From: Geosiphon pyriformis uo1
Taxonomy: Eukaryota; Fungi; Glomeromycota
Assembly (NCBI GenBank): GCA_016748015.1
Contig: JAAOMT010000034.1
Coordinates: 1-64,000, forward strand
Length of the DNA stretch: 64,000 nucleotides
Direction: 5' to 3'
Below the pieces are notes generated by a model. It ran no database searches. It saw nothing but the letters and a program-made list of their open reading frames with translations, and was not told the DNA's origin. The position numbers were made by a program, and so were the translations under genes. Position 1 is the stretch's first letter; every line of letters starts with the position of its first letter. Below, piece after piece: positions 12,901 to 26,120 of this stretch.

Positions 12901-14579
12901 AGTTCAGGTACTGACTCACAAATTAAGCAAAAATTCAAGAGCACTAAAAGCATATGCAAAACCAACTTGTCACAATACTTCCAAAGTTCATTAGCGATAC
13001 CAGAAAGACCAGCTGCTTTCTCATCAGGCAAATTTGAAACAACACCAAACATTTCCTTAAAATTGATCAAACACATTACATTAGAGAAGGTGCCATCAAA
13101 AACGTAATTCAAAGGCTAAAATTGGTGCACCCAAATGTCAGAAATATCAGAAACAACCACATGCTTCCAAGTCCAACCTTCCATAATTACATCCACCTTA
13201 GACTTAACCAACTTAGGCTTCAAGACCAGCTCCTCCCCCACAACCAGATGATCCAGCACCACTCTGCGAAAGGGGCACTCCAAAACGCTCCTAATGGTAT
13301 GACTCTTGTTTACCTCAAAATTCTCCATCCTCCTCTCGACAGCTTGCCTTATATGAAATTCTTTAGCACACTTAGATTCCATCAACTTAGAAGAGTGGTA
13401 AGACTTCCTTGTCTTAGACAGCTTAAAACAAATTGCATCAAAACCAGAGCCAGAAAGAAAAAGAGACTTTACTAATAAAACACCCACTGAATCAAGCCTG
13501 TCCCAAGTATCCAGCAATGAAGCAAAATTCCCACCAGAAACCAAATGAGAAGATTTCATCAACTTAGACATGAGCAGCTCAAGTTTATGTAATCTGAAGG
13601 ACACCTTATTAAAAACACTATCAAAATCTTTAAACCACTTTTTTCTGAATGTTCCCTCTGCTGAGAGAACAATAGTCTTGCGAACAGCATTCTACATTGC
13701 ATCCAAGTCTGAAAACTGTTTGGCTGTGACAAACTCATCCAAGAACATAGAAGCATTGTCAGCCATAGTGATCCTGAAATCAGACCACTTAATCTCATCA
13801 GCACCTTTGACATCATACTTCCAACAATCCTTATTTGCCTGCTTGCATAATGAATTCAACTAGACATCAAGAAGACCACCCAAGCCCACAAAAACAGAAA
13901 TGGCCTTGTAATCAGTGTCAAAAAATTCTTCAACACCAACCACACCACAATTTACCAAAGCACCAATCAAATTAGAAGAGACGAAAACATAATCAATCAT
14001 TTTAGCGACACTATGAGAGTTGCACCAGGTTGGTACTTTCACAAAAGAACTCCCATTCAAAGAATTGACCAAACCCAAATCAAAACATCTTTTAAAGCTG
14101 GCACACTTATGAGAGCCATCCTCATTGAAATCACCACCAAGGATGACAAAAAAAGACTCATTTACAGCTATAGCAATCAAGAAATTGACCTCACCAACTT
14201 GGGAGAACTGAGTGGTTGAAGAGGCACCAGTGTAAAACCCCAAGACAGAAACTGAAAGTTTGTTTCTAAAGAGTAATTTAATGCAAAAGAGGCAACCTGG
14301 AACCTTAGAAATCTTACTGACATGCTTAGCTAAAGAATTGTTCATAATGACCACAACACCAGCACCAACATAGCCAGAGTTCAATCCAGAAAAGAAAACA
14401 CGAACACCATCAAATTTATTAACCAGCCAAGGGTAGATCTTATCCTTTAACTTTGTTTCCATAAGAATTAAAACCAAATTGCCAAAATTCTTGTGTCAAT
14501 GTATAATGTCTTCCTGTTTCGCCAAATTGTTTATACTCCTTACATTACACATGGCGATCCTCTAAACTAAACTGGTCAT
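9911..14579 (-). pseudogene. LINE 1 ORF2 (AP endonuclease, RT, RNase H, C-terminal CCHC)
   Basis: METKL, GGDFNE, IDYVF (APE); KAYDFVGW, AFVDDT (RT); ELQAI, FSDSQAA (RNase H); CLFCGDIEVSDHIFSC. Confidence 0.9.
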
Positions 14580-16400
14580 TGGGACAAATAAGATAGAAAC
14601 AAATCCGAACCAGAACACAAAAGATCCAATCTCACCAGGATCAAACTGAATGAAGCTTCCAGACCAGACATCTTGAATTCCAAACCACCCAATTTGGAGA
14701 TAAGAACCTTTGAACCACTTGAACTAAAAACAGCAGCAGAATCACCACCATCAAAAAGAAAGAGAATGGACGAAGCCAACACACCATCCAGAGCCATATC
14801 CGAGGCCACAACTGAAGCCAAATACACAGAAACAGCCAAAGGGGAAGCACAAAAAGGAGATGCCAATGGCACCAACTCAAAAGAACTCAATTTTCTGAGA
14901 ATAACAGACACTTAATTAGAGAGGATTTCCATAGATCATTCCAACACTGTCAGACAATTATTTAAGTTATCGACTTGATAACAAAAAGAACCAAATAATA
15001 AAGATGCACCATCAGAAAGCAACCCAGAGCCAGAAGGGGAGGCAAAGGACACCACTTAAGCCCATAATTTACTATCAAAGGCAGCTGGACGAGAAATAGA
15101 AACATTTTTCCTGGCATACAATTTGGCTAGCTGAAGGCAGGACACACCAAAAAAAGGTCTTTTCATTAAATTGGAAGGCACAGAAGGTGATGAATCAAAG
15201 GCATCACACTCGAGAGCTGAATGTCCAAAATGCCCACATCTACCACACCGAACCAGCTCCAATCTAGCCCATGACAATCGAACACCACCAAAAATTGGCT
15301 CAGTATGAAAAACAGACTCCAACATTTCATCAAATTCAAAGCACACCACAGCACAGTGGAACCAATTGCCAATCTCCAATGATCTATTGATAACACAAGT
15401 TTTCCCTCCAGCCCCATTCAAAAGTGTACCAAGATCATGTGCAGTAGTGTCCACAGGCAAAGTAAATAGCAGCACTCTAAACCAATCCCTAGAAGCTCAT
15501 GTATCATGATCTCCCATGGCCATAGTCACATGAACTAAATCTTTCCCAATTAGGAATGACTATCTTGAAGTCAATTGCACAGCCTGGTCTGAATCAGCGA
15601 ATTTCACCACAGTCTTCTGCCACATACCAACCAACTGGATTTTGATTGACTTAATTATTCCAAACTCAGAGACTATGGCAATGATCATGTCTTTAGGCAT
15701 ATTCATGAGAATTTCTTTGATCACCACAGCCCAATCTAAACAAAGCTCTTGTTTCTTCATATTGTTGTTTACGATGATTCCTTTTTTTTTGGCCAATGAT
15801 GCAGCTTTTCTCATGCTCTCCTTAGAAGTAAATGTTGATCGGATGATCCCTTCAAATTTTGAGAGGGTAGTGGCCCCCCCAAAATCATTAATCTTTGAAA
15901 AAATTTTCCTGATTAATTGAGTTTTCGCCGTTGCCGATTTGTCTTCAACTGCTAAAAGATTGATATTCAAGGCAAAAGATTTTTTGACAGGCACCTCCAC
16001 TTGAGTTTTGATGATAAAAAAATTGATCTATTTACTATTAGAAGAGACTTTCTTTATTGGAGATGGAAAAGGTTTAACCTCTTCATCTATGGTAAAGTTG
16101 GGGAAACTGAAGGGGGAGCCAAAATCCATGCCAGTACTTAATCTATTTGCTCTTGGAGTATTAACAGCTGAATTCAGAAGAGAGCCATTACTACCACCAG
16201 ACATATTAACGTCATTTTCATCACCTGATAAGCTTTCCACATCAGAAAAAGCACTATTACCAGAATCAAACTTCAGAGAGATGTTCTGCTTATTGCCAGA
16301 ATATTTAACATTCCCAAGAATGACTTTCTTCTTTTGAGTAAAGGAACCATTAACAAGACCATGAAAAGCACCTTTGAGCACCTTTTTTTTGACATACTGC
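14576..16400 (-). pseudogene. LINE 1 ORF1 (RRM-like plus zinc knuckle)
   Basis: FGIIKSIKIQLVGMWQKTVVKF; CGRCGHFGHSALEC (CX2CX4HX4C). Start approximate. Confidence 0.82.
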
Positions 16401-17857
16401 CACTAGAAGCAGTCTCCGAATCCACGACAAAAGGGTTATTAATTAAAGAAATATTGATATAATACTAACAAAAAAAAAAACAAAAACTTCTTTTTCAGAA
16501 AAAACTTGTTAGGAGTTTTTGGAGATAAGAGAGAAAGAAGTTTTAATTTTATTTTCTATAAAAAACTGGATTTAAAATATTAAACTTATCAAAAACATGA
16601 AAAAAACCATTTAATATTTTAAAAAAATTGTTATTAAATATAATAAAAATTTAAGAAATTGTTTTTTGGTTGTTTTAATTTTTTTTGATTATTTAAGCAA
16701 CAATAAAAAAAAAGTAAATTAATTATTAAAAATTTTAAAAATTTTAAAAAAACAAAAATTATATTAGAACTATTTTAGATAAAATTTTTTAATAAAACTT
16801 TGAAAAAAAAATACTTTTAATTAAAAATAAAAAAATGTTTTTTTAAAAAATAAAAAAATTGTAATTTTTTACTTTATATTAAAATAATATTTTATTTATT
16901 ATATTAAATTAATTATTAAACTTTTTATTTAAATTTTGTATTTTAAAATATTTAGATATTGTTATTAAAATTATAAAATTTGTTATGATTTTTGTTGTTA
17001 TTATTTTTTATAATTTAATAAAATTTTTGTTGTTAAATTAAAATTTATTAACTTATAATAATATATTATTATTTATTTTAAACTTTAAATTTGTCAAAAT
17101 TTTTTTGGTTTGTTAATTAATTTTAATAAAAAACAATATTTGAATTTTTTAATTAAAAAAAATGATTATTTTATTTAATATATTTTTTGGCTATATAACT
17201 TTTAAAATCAATAAAATAATTATTTAAACATATAATTAAAATTAAAAATTACAAATTTATATATATATATATTTATAATTATTATTAAAGCAAAAAACAA
17301 AAAAATTATATTTTTTTTATTTTTTAAAGCTTTTAATAATATAGGAATCTTAAGAATCTTTTTCTCATCAATTCCTTGACCACTATGAGAGCAAAAAATT
17401 TTTTGGAGAAATTATTTTACTTTATTCCTTTTCCCTTTGTTCATTCAAGTCATTTCTTTTAATATATTCTTTTTTGTTATGATAGAACCAGTAGACTTGT
17501 CTACTGGAAATTCTGGCTCAGTTTCAGCTGGTTTGGGGATCTGCCTAAATGCTAAAAAGAATTGTTTGAATACAGTCTATTCTCATGGTGCGTCCTACAA
17601 GAAAACGAAAAAGCATGTGGCTGGCGTTGTGATTGATTCGTCTGCAGGCTCTCTGAGTTTGGAAGATTTTGGTGATGCTGGTGTCAAGTCTGTGGTGTCT
17701 TGGAACAGTAAAGTTGGAAGCATTACCAGCAGCATAAGTGATCTGTTAGATGTTGAGAATATGGTGAACATAGTGGCCAAAGAAACCAGCTGTGCAGAAT
17801 CTGGCGAGGACAACAGTATGGACAAAGCAACACCAAAGAAAACCTGCACTTAGATAT

Positions 17858-18848
17858 TGTTACTAGTAGAATTTTTGTTATTAATTAGCATAAAATTACC
17901 CTTATAATCCTATAATTAATTAGTATATTAATATCATTTCAAATTATTATTTATTATTTAATCAATTATTACATATTACAATTCAATTTAAATAATTTAA
18001 TTAGTATAACAGAAAGTAAGATGATCAAATTACACAATATCCTAAACTTTGTAACATTCTAAAATTCACCGAAATTTACAAAAATTTGCCAAAATTTACA
18101 GAAATTTGCCAAAATTATGAATAGTTCACCCAAATTAATCAATAGTTCAGCAAAATAACTTGTAGTTTATTAAAATGTATCTTTAGTTTGCCAAAATTTG
18201 AGCAAAAAAAAAAAGTGCAAGTTCATAGACTAGTACTACAACAAGTTGTATAAAAGAAGAGCTTTTCTCTTCAAAAAAATGTATCTTACTTTAGATTTAT
18301 CTCTTAAAACCGTTCTTATACACACAAAAAGAAATAAATATTAAATAATTTGAAAAACCAAATTCTTTAATTATTGTATTTGGAAAATTCCCAAAACCCA
18401 ACTAACATTTCAAAATTAATTAGCTACCAATTTCAGTAAACTGTTAGTAACTCCAGGCCTGGATAGAAAACGTTTCCCTTGACAGAATTCTATTTCTTTT
18501 ACATTTCTTTTCTTTTTTTTTTCTTTTTTTATTACAATCATTAGGGTAGCCTACAGACGAGATTCCTGTAGAAGAGTTGACTTTCACAGCAAAGTAACTA
18601 CACATTTTTAGTAAGCTCCCAGACAAGCAATTTCTGGGAAAGAGTTGACATTTACTACAATATAACTACATAAAGTAACTAGCAAGGAATTGGCCATTCC
18701 ACTTATAAGCCCAGCAGTTCAAATTATAGAAGATAATTTGAAGAGAAAATTCAGTTACTGGAGGTTCAACCACATCCAGAAAACGTGAATTCACAGCAAA
18801 CAGGTATCAACAACATTACAAAAAAGAGACCAAAAACCTCTGGTAACA
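17858..18848 (+). repeat. 5' LTR of Gypsy C
   Basis: TGTTACTAG...CTGGTAACA; direct repeat of 26809-27780. Confidence 0.95.
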
Positions 18849-18850
18849 TT

Positions 18851-18864
18851 TGGTGCTCTCCCAC
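18851..18864 (+). promoter_or_regulatory. tRNA primer binding site
   Basis: TGGTGCTCTCCCAC 2 nt after the LTR end; TGG is complementary to tRNA CCA. Cognate tRNA not identified. Confidence 0.8.
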
Positions 18865-18890
18865 AGAAATAACACAGCAACAACAAATTC

Positions 18891-21800
18891 AAAGTGGCAA
18901 CCACACTAGACACAGCAACTCTAAAGTATTACTAGTCAATTTACACCCACTGCAAGCAAATATTCAACATTCCAGACGGAATTGAAGTTGTAAAAAAATC
19001 AGTATACTAATACATTGAAAACTGCATCAACAATTATCTTTTTGGAAACTACAATATTTCAGAAGTTAGAAGCAACCTCTACAATAATTTAGTGCACTAT
19101 TCACAATTGGGAACAGAAGACCTGAACAGTGAAACACTTGCTACCTACTTCCAAGAACTTAATTTTAACATTATTGAGTATTGTGAAGAAAAATACCCAA
19201 TACAGTCTAAATACTCTTTTGACTTTGAATTAGAGACAGAAACAAGCAACAAAGGCAAACAAAGATTGAAGCAATACTCAAAAACCACTTCAAACACTCC
19301 AACACTACAAAAGACAACTGCCAAACACTTGCAAACACCTGAACAAGGAACCAGTATCAAATTACCACTTTTTATTACACTATTTCCAATTTCATTTGTT
19401 CAACCACAAACACCAAATTCACCACTTAACCACTTTTCCAGACCAGAAGATTTTCAGTTACCTAGAAACCCTACTCAACAGCAGGAACCAATATTAACAA
19501 GTGCCAATATTATTAATTACTTACAGAAAAATGAAAGTAATCATTCAAAAAGCTTGGAAAGTGAAGAAACTGAATCAGAACCAGAAGAAATTACAGAAAA
19601 TGAAAAAGAAATGACAACTGCTTACATTGCAAAAATCTCAGAATTCACTGGTAAAGACAATGATACTAGTCCTCAAGAATGGCTTGACAAAGTTCAAAAA
19701 GCAGGAGATACAAATGGTTGGATTGCAGCAAGAATGCTCAAAGCAATTCTCTATTTTCTCCAAGGAACAGCAGAAGAATGGTTTGAAAATTTAGAAGAAC
19801 TATTTGAAAACTGGCAAGCATTCAAAGATGCTTTTCTACAACAATTTACTGACAACAATACCTCTATTACTCTCAGAAACTGCTTTCACAATATCAAACA
19901 AGAAACATCTGAAACTGTTATGACCTATCTTGAAAGATTTAACAAACTTCTCAGACAAATCCGACAATTGGAAACCAATAACTACTATTCTGATGCTTAA
20001 ATTCTGGATCAGTTTATAGCAGGGTTAAAAAACAAACTGATTAAAAAAGTCCATCCACATGCTCTAACAGACTTAGCAACTGCTATTAGACATACAAAGA
20101 GCTATGAAATGGCAATGGAAGAAGCAAATCACACCAAGCTTGTAAACCTTGCAATTAGAGAAACCAGCTCAGCAGCTGAAGAGAAGATAGACCAACTCAC
20201 AAAAAAAGTTGAAAGCTACTTCACAAACCAACAACAACAGCAACAACAACCACAAAGATATCAATCTCCACAACACCGCAACCAAAACAATTTTGGATCA
20301 CCATCCAACAACCAACCTCAAAATTGTCATTATTGTGGAATTCCAGAACACTGAAAACGAGATTGTAGGAAATTACAAAGAGATCAACAAAACAGAAGTA
20401 ATCAACATTACTCTTTACCACAACAATCCTATTACCAATCTCTACTATCAACCTATTATTCACCAAGACCACAAAATCAAAACAGTTACTATCCACCAGC
20501 TCCACAACCAATACAGCAACAATATCAGCAATCTTTACCAATTCAGCCATATCAAACACCATCCACTTAACAATATTAAGTACCAGCAAGAAGATTGGTT
20601 CAACATAACCAATTCACACCCCAAAATCAATTGCAGAGTAACCACAACAGAATTAATCCAAATAACCAGTTGGTTTCCCGAAATTCTGGTCAGCAAAGAC
20701 CCAATCACTATTACACTCAACCCAGTTATCTTACAATACCAGAGGAATCGGATTTTCAACAAACTGCACTTTCTGAAAGTGAAGTTGCGGCACCAAGATC
20801 AAACCCTTCCAACCACACTATTCCACCAGTTCAAATTGTTCAAAATGCTAATCTGTCAGATATATTTCCATTTGAATTTGAAGCAAATGAATCACCATTT
20901 CTGCTTAGTAATGCAGCAGTCAATAAACAAAAAGCAATTACTGCTATGTACACAGAAGCTACAGTGGAAGGAAAACCCATTCGCTTAATCTTAGATAGTG
21001 GATCGGCTAGAAGTATTATCACTTACCAGCTGATGCAACAACTCAAACAAAATGTGGATAGACCAGCTCAAACAGTTATTGTCACAGTTGATGATATAAA
21101 GAAGACTCCAGTAGGAGAAATTGATGATTTCCTCTTTACAATTGATGGAATCACCATTCCAGTTAAAGTTCTTGTTATGGATGCACCCCAATATCAAGCT
21201 CTAGTCGGAAATAATTGGCTTTTCAAGGCCAATGCAAACCTAAACTGAGAAACTCAAGAACTTAAAATCTTATACCAAGGACAATATACTATTGTACCTG
21301 CAACCTGTGGTACCTTTAACAAATGATCAGAAAAAGCTTCAGTATTTGAATTTGAAGAAGAGAAGGAAATGCCACTCACTGAAACCTACATGGCTCTTGG
21401 ATTACCATCCAATTGGGCTGAGAAAACAGAACAAAAGATTTTTGAAGAATCAAGGAGATGGAAGAAAGTTAGATATTCCACACCAGAACCATGAAAAGAA
21501 CCACCATACATTCCACTAAAATGCAAAGATTGCAAAAAGAAGCTTTCATCTATGGGAGCCTGTATCTCCCCAGAAGAAGAATACAAAACTCGCACTTGTT
21601 ACTTCTGCAAGACATACTATAAAGAACGATTTGGATCCCCAAAAAGAAGTGGAAAATAGGACAAAACTCCTTGTCTTACATGTGGAGAAATGCTACCAGA
21701 AGAATACAATTAGATTGATATAGCAATAAGAGAAGGAGTATGTGATCAAACCTGTCAATATGCTCTATCAATTTCGGAAAAAGTCAGAAGAGGAACACCA

Positions 21801-24518
21801 TTTGATGCAGCATACAACAGTGCTTTCAATAAACTTTACCACTACCCTCATGATGCTAAAATGATTTTTGACCTAGCAATGGCATTGATCAATGAAGCCA
21901 CCCAAAAAGATGTCTGCCAAATAAAAGAAGCTGAATATATTAAGTATACTATAGAATTAGCTGGATTTGATTATGAAGATGAAGTAGAAACCTACCACCA
22001 AATTGCAAGCCACACATATCCGACCAAAGAAGCTCAAATTCAATAATTAGAGCAAATAAACATTCAATTATGTGAAGAATGTATTATGCTTTGTGATGAC
22101 CAATGGTGTTTAGAATGTTATGCTCTTAGCATTCCTCTGCCAGATGAGAATGATGAAAATGAAATCGAATTTGGAGTATCTGAACTAAGAGAAAAACTAC
22201 CAACCACCCCCATCTATCTTCTTGAAAAACAATCATCTCTACAACTTAAATATTTTAACAACCATGGCCAAGAAATCAGACCAGAAAAAGCACACGAAAT
22301 TGATGCTGGATATGACTTAAGATACTCAGGAAAAAATACTTTGGTTCTCTAACCAAAGTCCTTGACAAAAATCAATCTCAAAATTGCTCTTGAAATTCCA
22401 TCCGAAGTAATGGTTCAAGTTGCCTCCCAATCATCATTGGCAAGCAAAGGAATCAATATTAGAGGAGGAGTTATAAATGCAGGATACACTGGAGACATTA
22501 CTATCATGTTGCAGAATGAGACAGACAAACCATTCAAAATTGAACATGCTGAAAAAATTGCTCAAGCAATCTACTTACTCTTAATCAACATTTTAGATTT
22601 ACAATCAGTAAACAACAGAGAACAATTGGGAAAAAGTAAAAGAGGAACTCAAGGTTTTGGTTCAACTGGACGATTTACAGTTCCAGTAAACATAGCTCTT
22701 AATACACAAAATAAATCTCACCAAATTTTTCAACTTTCCCAGCCAATTACCATTTCACCTTTTGGAGAACATCACGAAATTTACACTTGCTCAAAACCCA
22801 CCACTACACAACAAATCTTTGAATCCAATAAACAAATCTGTTTGAGGCATGAAATCTCAATTCCAAACGTTTATATTCCCAAAGGAATGAAAAAAATTCA
22901 AGTTATATTTTACAACCCCAATAATTACCATATTGTCTTATTAAACAAACTAGAGATTGGAATCATACACAGCAATATTTTTCAAGATGAAAACCCTCAA
23001 ATTGTCTCTAATTTCATCGAAATTGTAAGGCACACTCTACTTTTAAATCCAAATATCATTCCTACTACTGAAAACTACCACTTTTTGGAAGAAAAACTCT
23101 CTCAAATCAACATAGGTCCCTTAGAACCTTAACAACAAAGACAATTGAAACAATTGATAGCTGAATTTGCAGATATATTTGCAAAAGACAACAATGACTT
23201 GGAAAAAACAGATATTGTTCAACATTAGATCCATACAGGAGATGTTCCACCAAAACGTTAACAAGCTTATTAAGTGCCACCTGCCAGCCACCAATTCATT
23301 AGAGAAGATATTCAAAGAATGCTCAATAATGGATTGATTCAACCATCAAAAAGTCCTTGGGCCTCACCAGTAGTTTTAGTTAAAAAGAAAAATGGAAAAA
23401 TCAGATTCTGTATTAATTATAGATAACTAAATAGTGTTATAATTGGAGATGCCTACCCTCTTCCAGGAATTGATGACATGCTAGATGCTCTAGGAAAAGC
23501 CAAGTTCTTCTCAACTTTAGACTTGGAAAGTGGATACTGGCAAGTCGAAATGGACCCAAAAGACCAACCCAAAACAGCATTTACCACCCAGAGAAAAAAC
23601 TATGAGTTCAATGTTATGTCTTTTAGACTCTGCAATACATCAGCAACATTCCAATGACTTATGGATGTTGTATATAAAGGACTCTTATGGCAATCAGTAG
23701 TTGTCTATCTTGATGATACTGATGTATACTCACCAAGCTTTGAGACTCATCTCATTCACTTGTGAGAAGTTTTTCAACAATTACAGAAAGCAGGATTAAA
23801 GTTAAACATTGAGAAATATCACTTTGGAAAAACAAGCTTGATCTTTCTTAGACACATAGTTAGTAAAGATGGAGTCAAACCAAATCCAGGAATAATCAGT
23901 GCTGTCAAAAACTTTCAAACTCCCAAAAATACTACAGAACTAAGAGGATTTATAGGATTAGCCTCTTACTATCAAAAATTCATAAAAAAATTCTCAGAAA
24001 TTGCTAAACCACTCAATTATCTTACCAACAAAAACATACCATACAAATGGACTGAAGAACAACAAAAAGCCTTTGAAACTCTCAAAACAAAATTGACAAC
24101 AGCTCCAGTTCTTGCTTACTGAGATTTCAACAAACAATTTTAATTAGCCACTAATGCTTCACATATAGTATTTGGTGCCATCTTATCACAATTGGATGAA
24201 AATGGCCAGAAACAAATTATTGCCTATGCCAGCAGAACACTCAAGTCAACAGAACTCAAATATGGCTCAACTGAACTGGAAGTTGCTGCAATTATCTAGG
24301 CTCTCAAACACTTTCAACAATACCTGAAGAATGGAAAAGAATTTGACATAATAACAAACAATATTGGTCTCAAATGGCTTAATAAAAAGAAAACTGAACA
24401 AAATGCCAAACAGTTTCGATGGAATGACTTCCTAGCAGACTACAGATACATTGTACATTACAAACCAAGAAAACTACACACCAATGTTAATAGCCTTTCA
24501 AGAATGAGACAATATTAA
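18891..24518 (+). pseudogene. Gypsy C gag-protease-(Cys-rich)-dUTPase-RT-RNaseH
   Basis: Capsid-like SPQEWLDKV..NGW; knuckle CHYCGIPEH*KRDC; protease LILDSGS; dUTPase AGYDL, GGVINAGYTG, EKIAQ, RGTQGFGSTG; RT VYLDD. One frame with many stops; start uncertain. Confidence 0.9.
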
Positions 24519-24586
24519 TACCAACATCAATACCAACAAAACACCAACAAACTTAACAACAGAACAAAACAACAAGATTACCAACA

Positions 24587-25955
24587 ATAGATCCAGAAAA
24601 CTACAACAACATCAAAAACTATTTGGAGACTCTCATTATACCAGAAAATTGGTCTCCAAGTGAAAAACATCGATTACAACATCAATCTAAACAATATTTT
24701 ATACACCATAACAAAATATATTACAAAAACTGTAAAAACCCAAACCAACCACTTAGATTAATACAGGAAAATGAAAAAAAAAACAATTCTATACAACATG
24801 CACACAGATCTTTCTTCAGCACACTTGGGAAGAGATGGAACAATTCAAAAAACTCTTGAACATTATTTTTGGCTTCACATGCAAAAAGACATTTGACAAT
24901 ATGTAGAATCTTGTAATAGTTGTCAAAAAAGAGAAGGAACTTGCCTCACAGAACCTTTAAATCCAATCAAAGTTGGACAACCTTTTGACAAAGTTGGAAT
25001 TGATTTAGTCAGACCATTACTTATCACAACCCAAGGAAATTGTTATATTGCAGTTGCAGTGGATTATCTTACCAAATGGCCTGAAGCTAGAGCCATCCAA
25101 AGAGCAGATGCAAAATCAGTAGCAAATTTCATCTATGAAGACATTATCTGTAGACATGGATGCCCAATTGAACTCTTATCTGATCAAGGAACACATTTTG
25201 TGAACAACTTAATACAAGAAATTTGTGAATAGTTCAATGTCAAAAGACCTCTATCATCACCTTATCACCCTCAAACAAATAGACTTGTAGAACATTTCAA
25301 CAGAACATTGTGTGAATCTCTAGCCAAAGTCTCAACAGACTTTGAGCAGGAATGGGATATCTTTATTCCATCAGTGTTACTAGCATACAGAACACTAAAA
25401 CAAGATACTACAAAACACACACTATTTGATTTTACTTATAAAAGAACAGCAACATTACCAATTAATTTCACAGTGGAAACATACCCAGTGCAACCAATCA
25501 ATAAAGAAAACTTTCAAGAAACACTCCAAAGAAGAGCCTACACTCTTTTTAGTACACTGGAAAAAAAAAGAAGAATAGCAGCAACTCATATTGAACATTC
25601 CCAAGCTCAACAAAAAGAAAGACATGACAACAAATTACTACCTATTACTAACGAATTTAAAGTTGGAAATAAAGTTCTCTTACACAGAACTAAGGCTGAA
25701 AAACAATGGAGTGGAAAATTTGAAAACAAATGGGATGGATTATTTTATATTCACGAAATTTTAGGCAATGAATCATACAAGTTAAGACTTGATGACAAAA
25801 TACTAGCAAAAGTTGCACATGGAGACAGATTGAAACACTATCATTCCAAAAACAATCCTGAACCATTAATTCCACAAATTGGTACACATTCCCCTTTAAT
25901 TAATCCTGAAGATATTCCCCGAAATTTAGAACCAATAATTATAATAGAACAATAA
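24587..25955 (+). pseudogene. Gypsy C integrase
   Basis: HHCC (MHTD..AHLG..CNSC), GIDLV, SDQGTHF, SPYHPQTN, KWDGLFYI. Confidence 0.9.
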
Positions 25956-26120
25956 CCAAACTTGAATACTTAAATTTTACAATAATTCTCCAATAAAAAC
26001 ACAAAGACAAAAAATAGTAAATAAATTACAAAAAACACCCAAACCTAAAAACAAATAAAAACCCCATATCCCAAAAATAATTTTTCTTATTTTTTCTTTT
26101 CATAATTAGTCAATTTTATT

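Larger units (their letters stand above)
9772..16544 (-). mobile_element. Full-length LINE 1 (ORF1 + APE-RT-RNaseH ORF2), degenerate
   Basis: Poly(T) tail at ~9772-9790 and conserved 3' UTR 9790-9910. Candidate TSD AATTTTATTTT (9761-9771/16545-16555) is low complexity. Confidence 0.92.

Noticed and set aside
10896-13863. Antisense ORFs opposite LINE ORF2 (also in LINE 2-4)
   Set aside because: Shadow frames caused by strand bias; no recognisable motifs, variable boundaries.
18444-18626. 60-aa minus-strand ORF repeated at 27376-27558
   Set aside because: Duplicated only because it lies in the LTRs; the Lys run comes from the T-tract.
18891-24518. Alternative genetic code or stop readthrough to explain many in-frame stops
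   Set aside because: Stops fall at different positions in different copies, at R/Q/W codons; host genes use the standard code.
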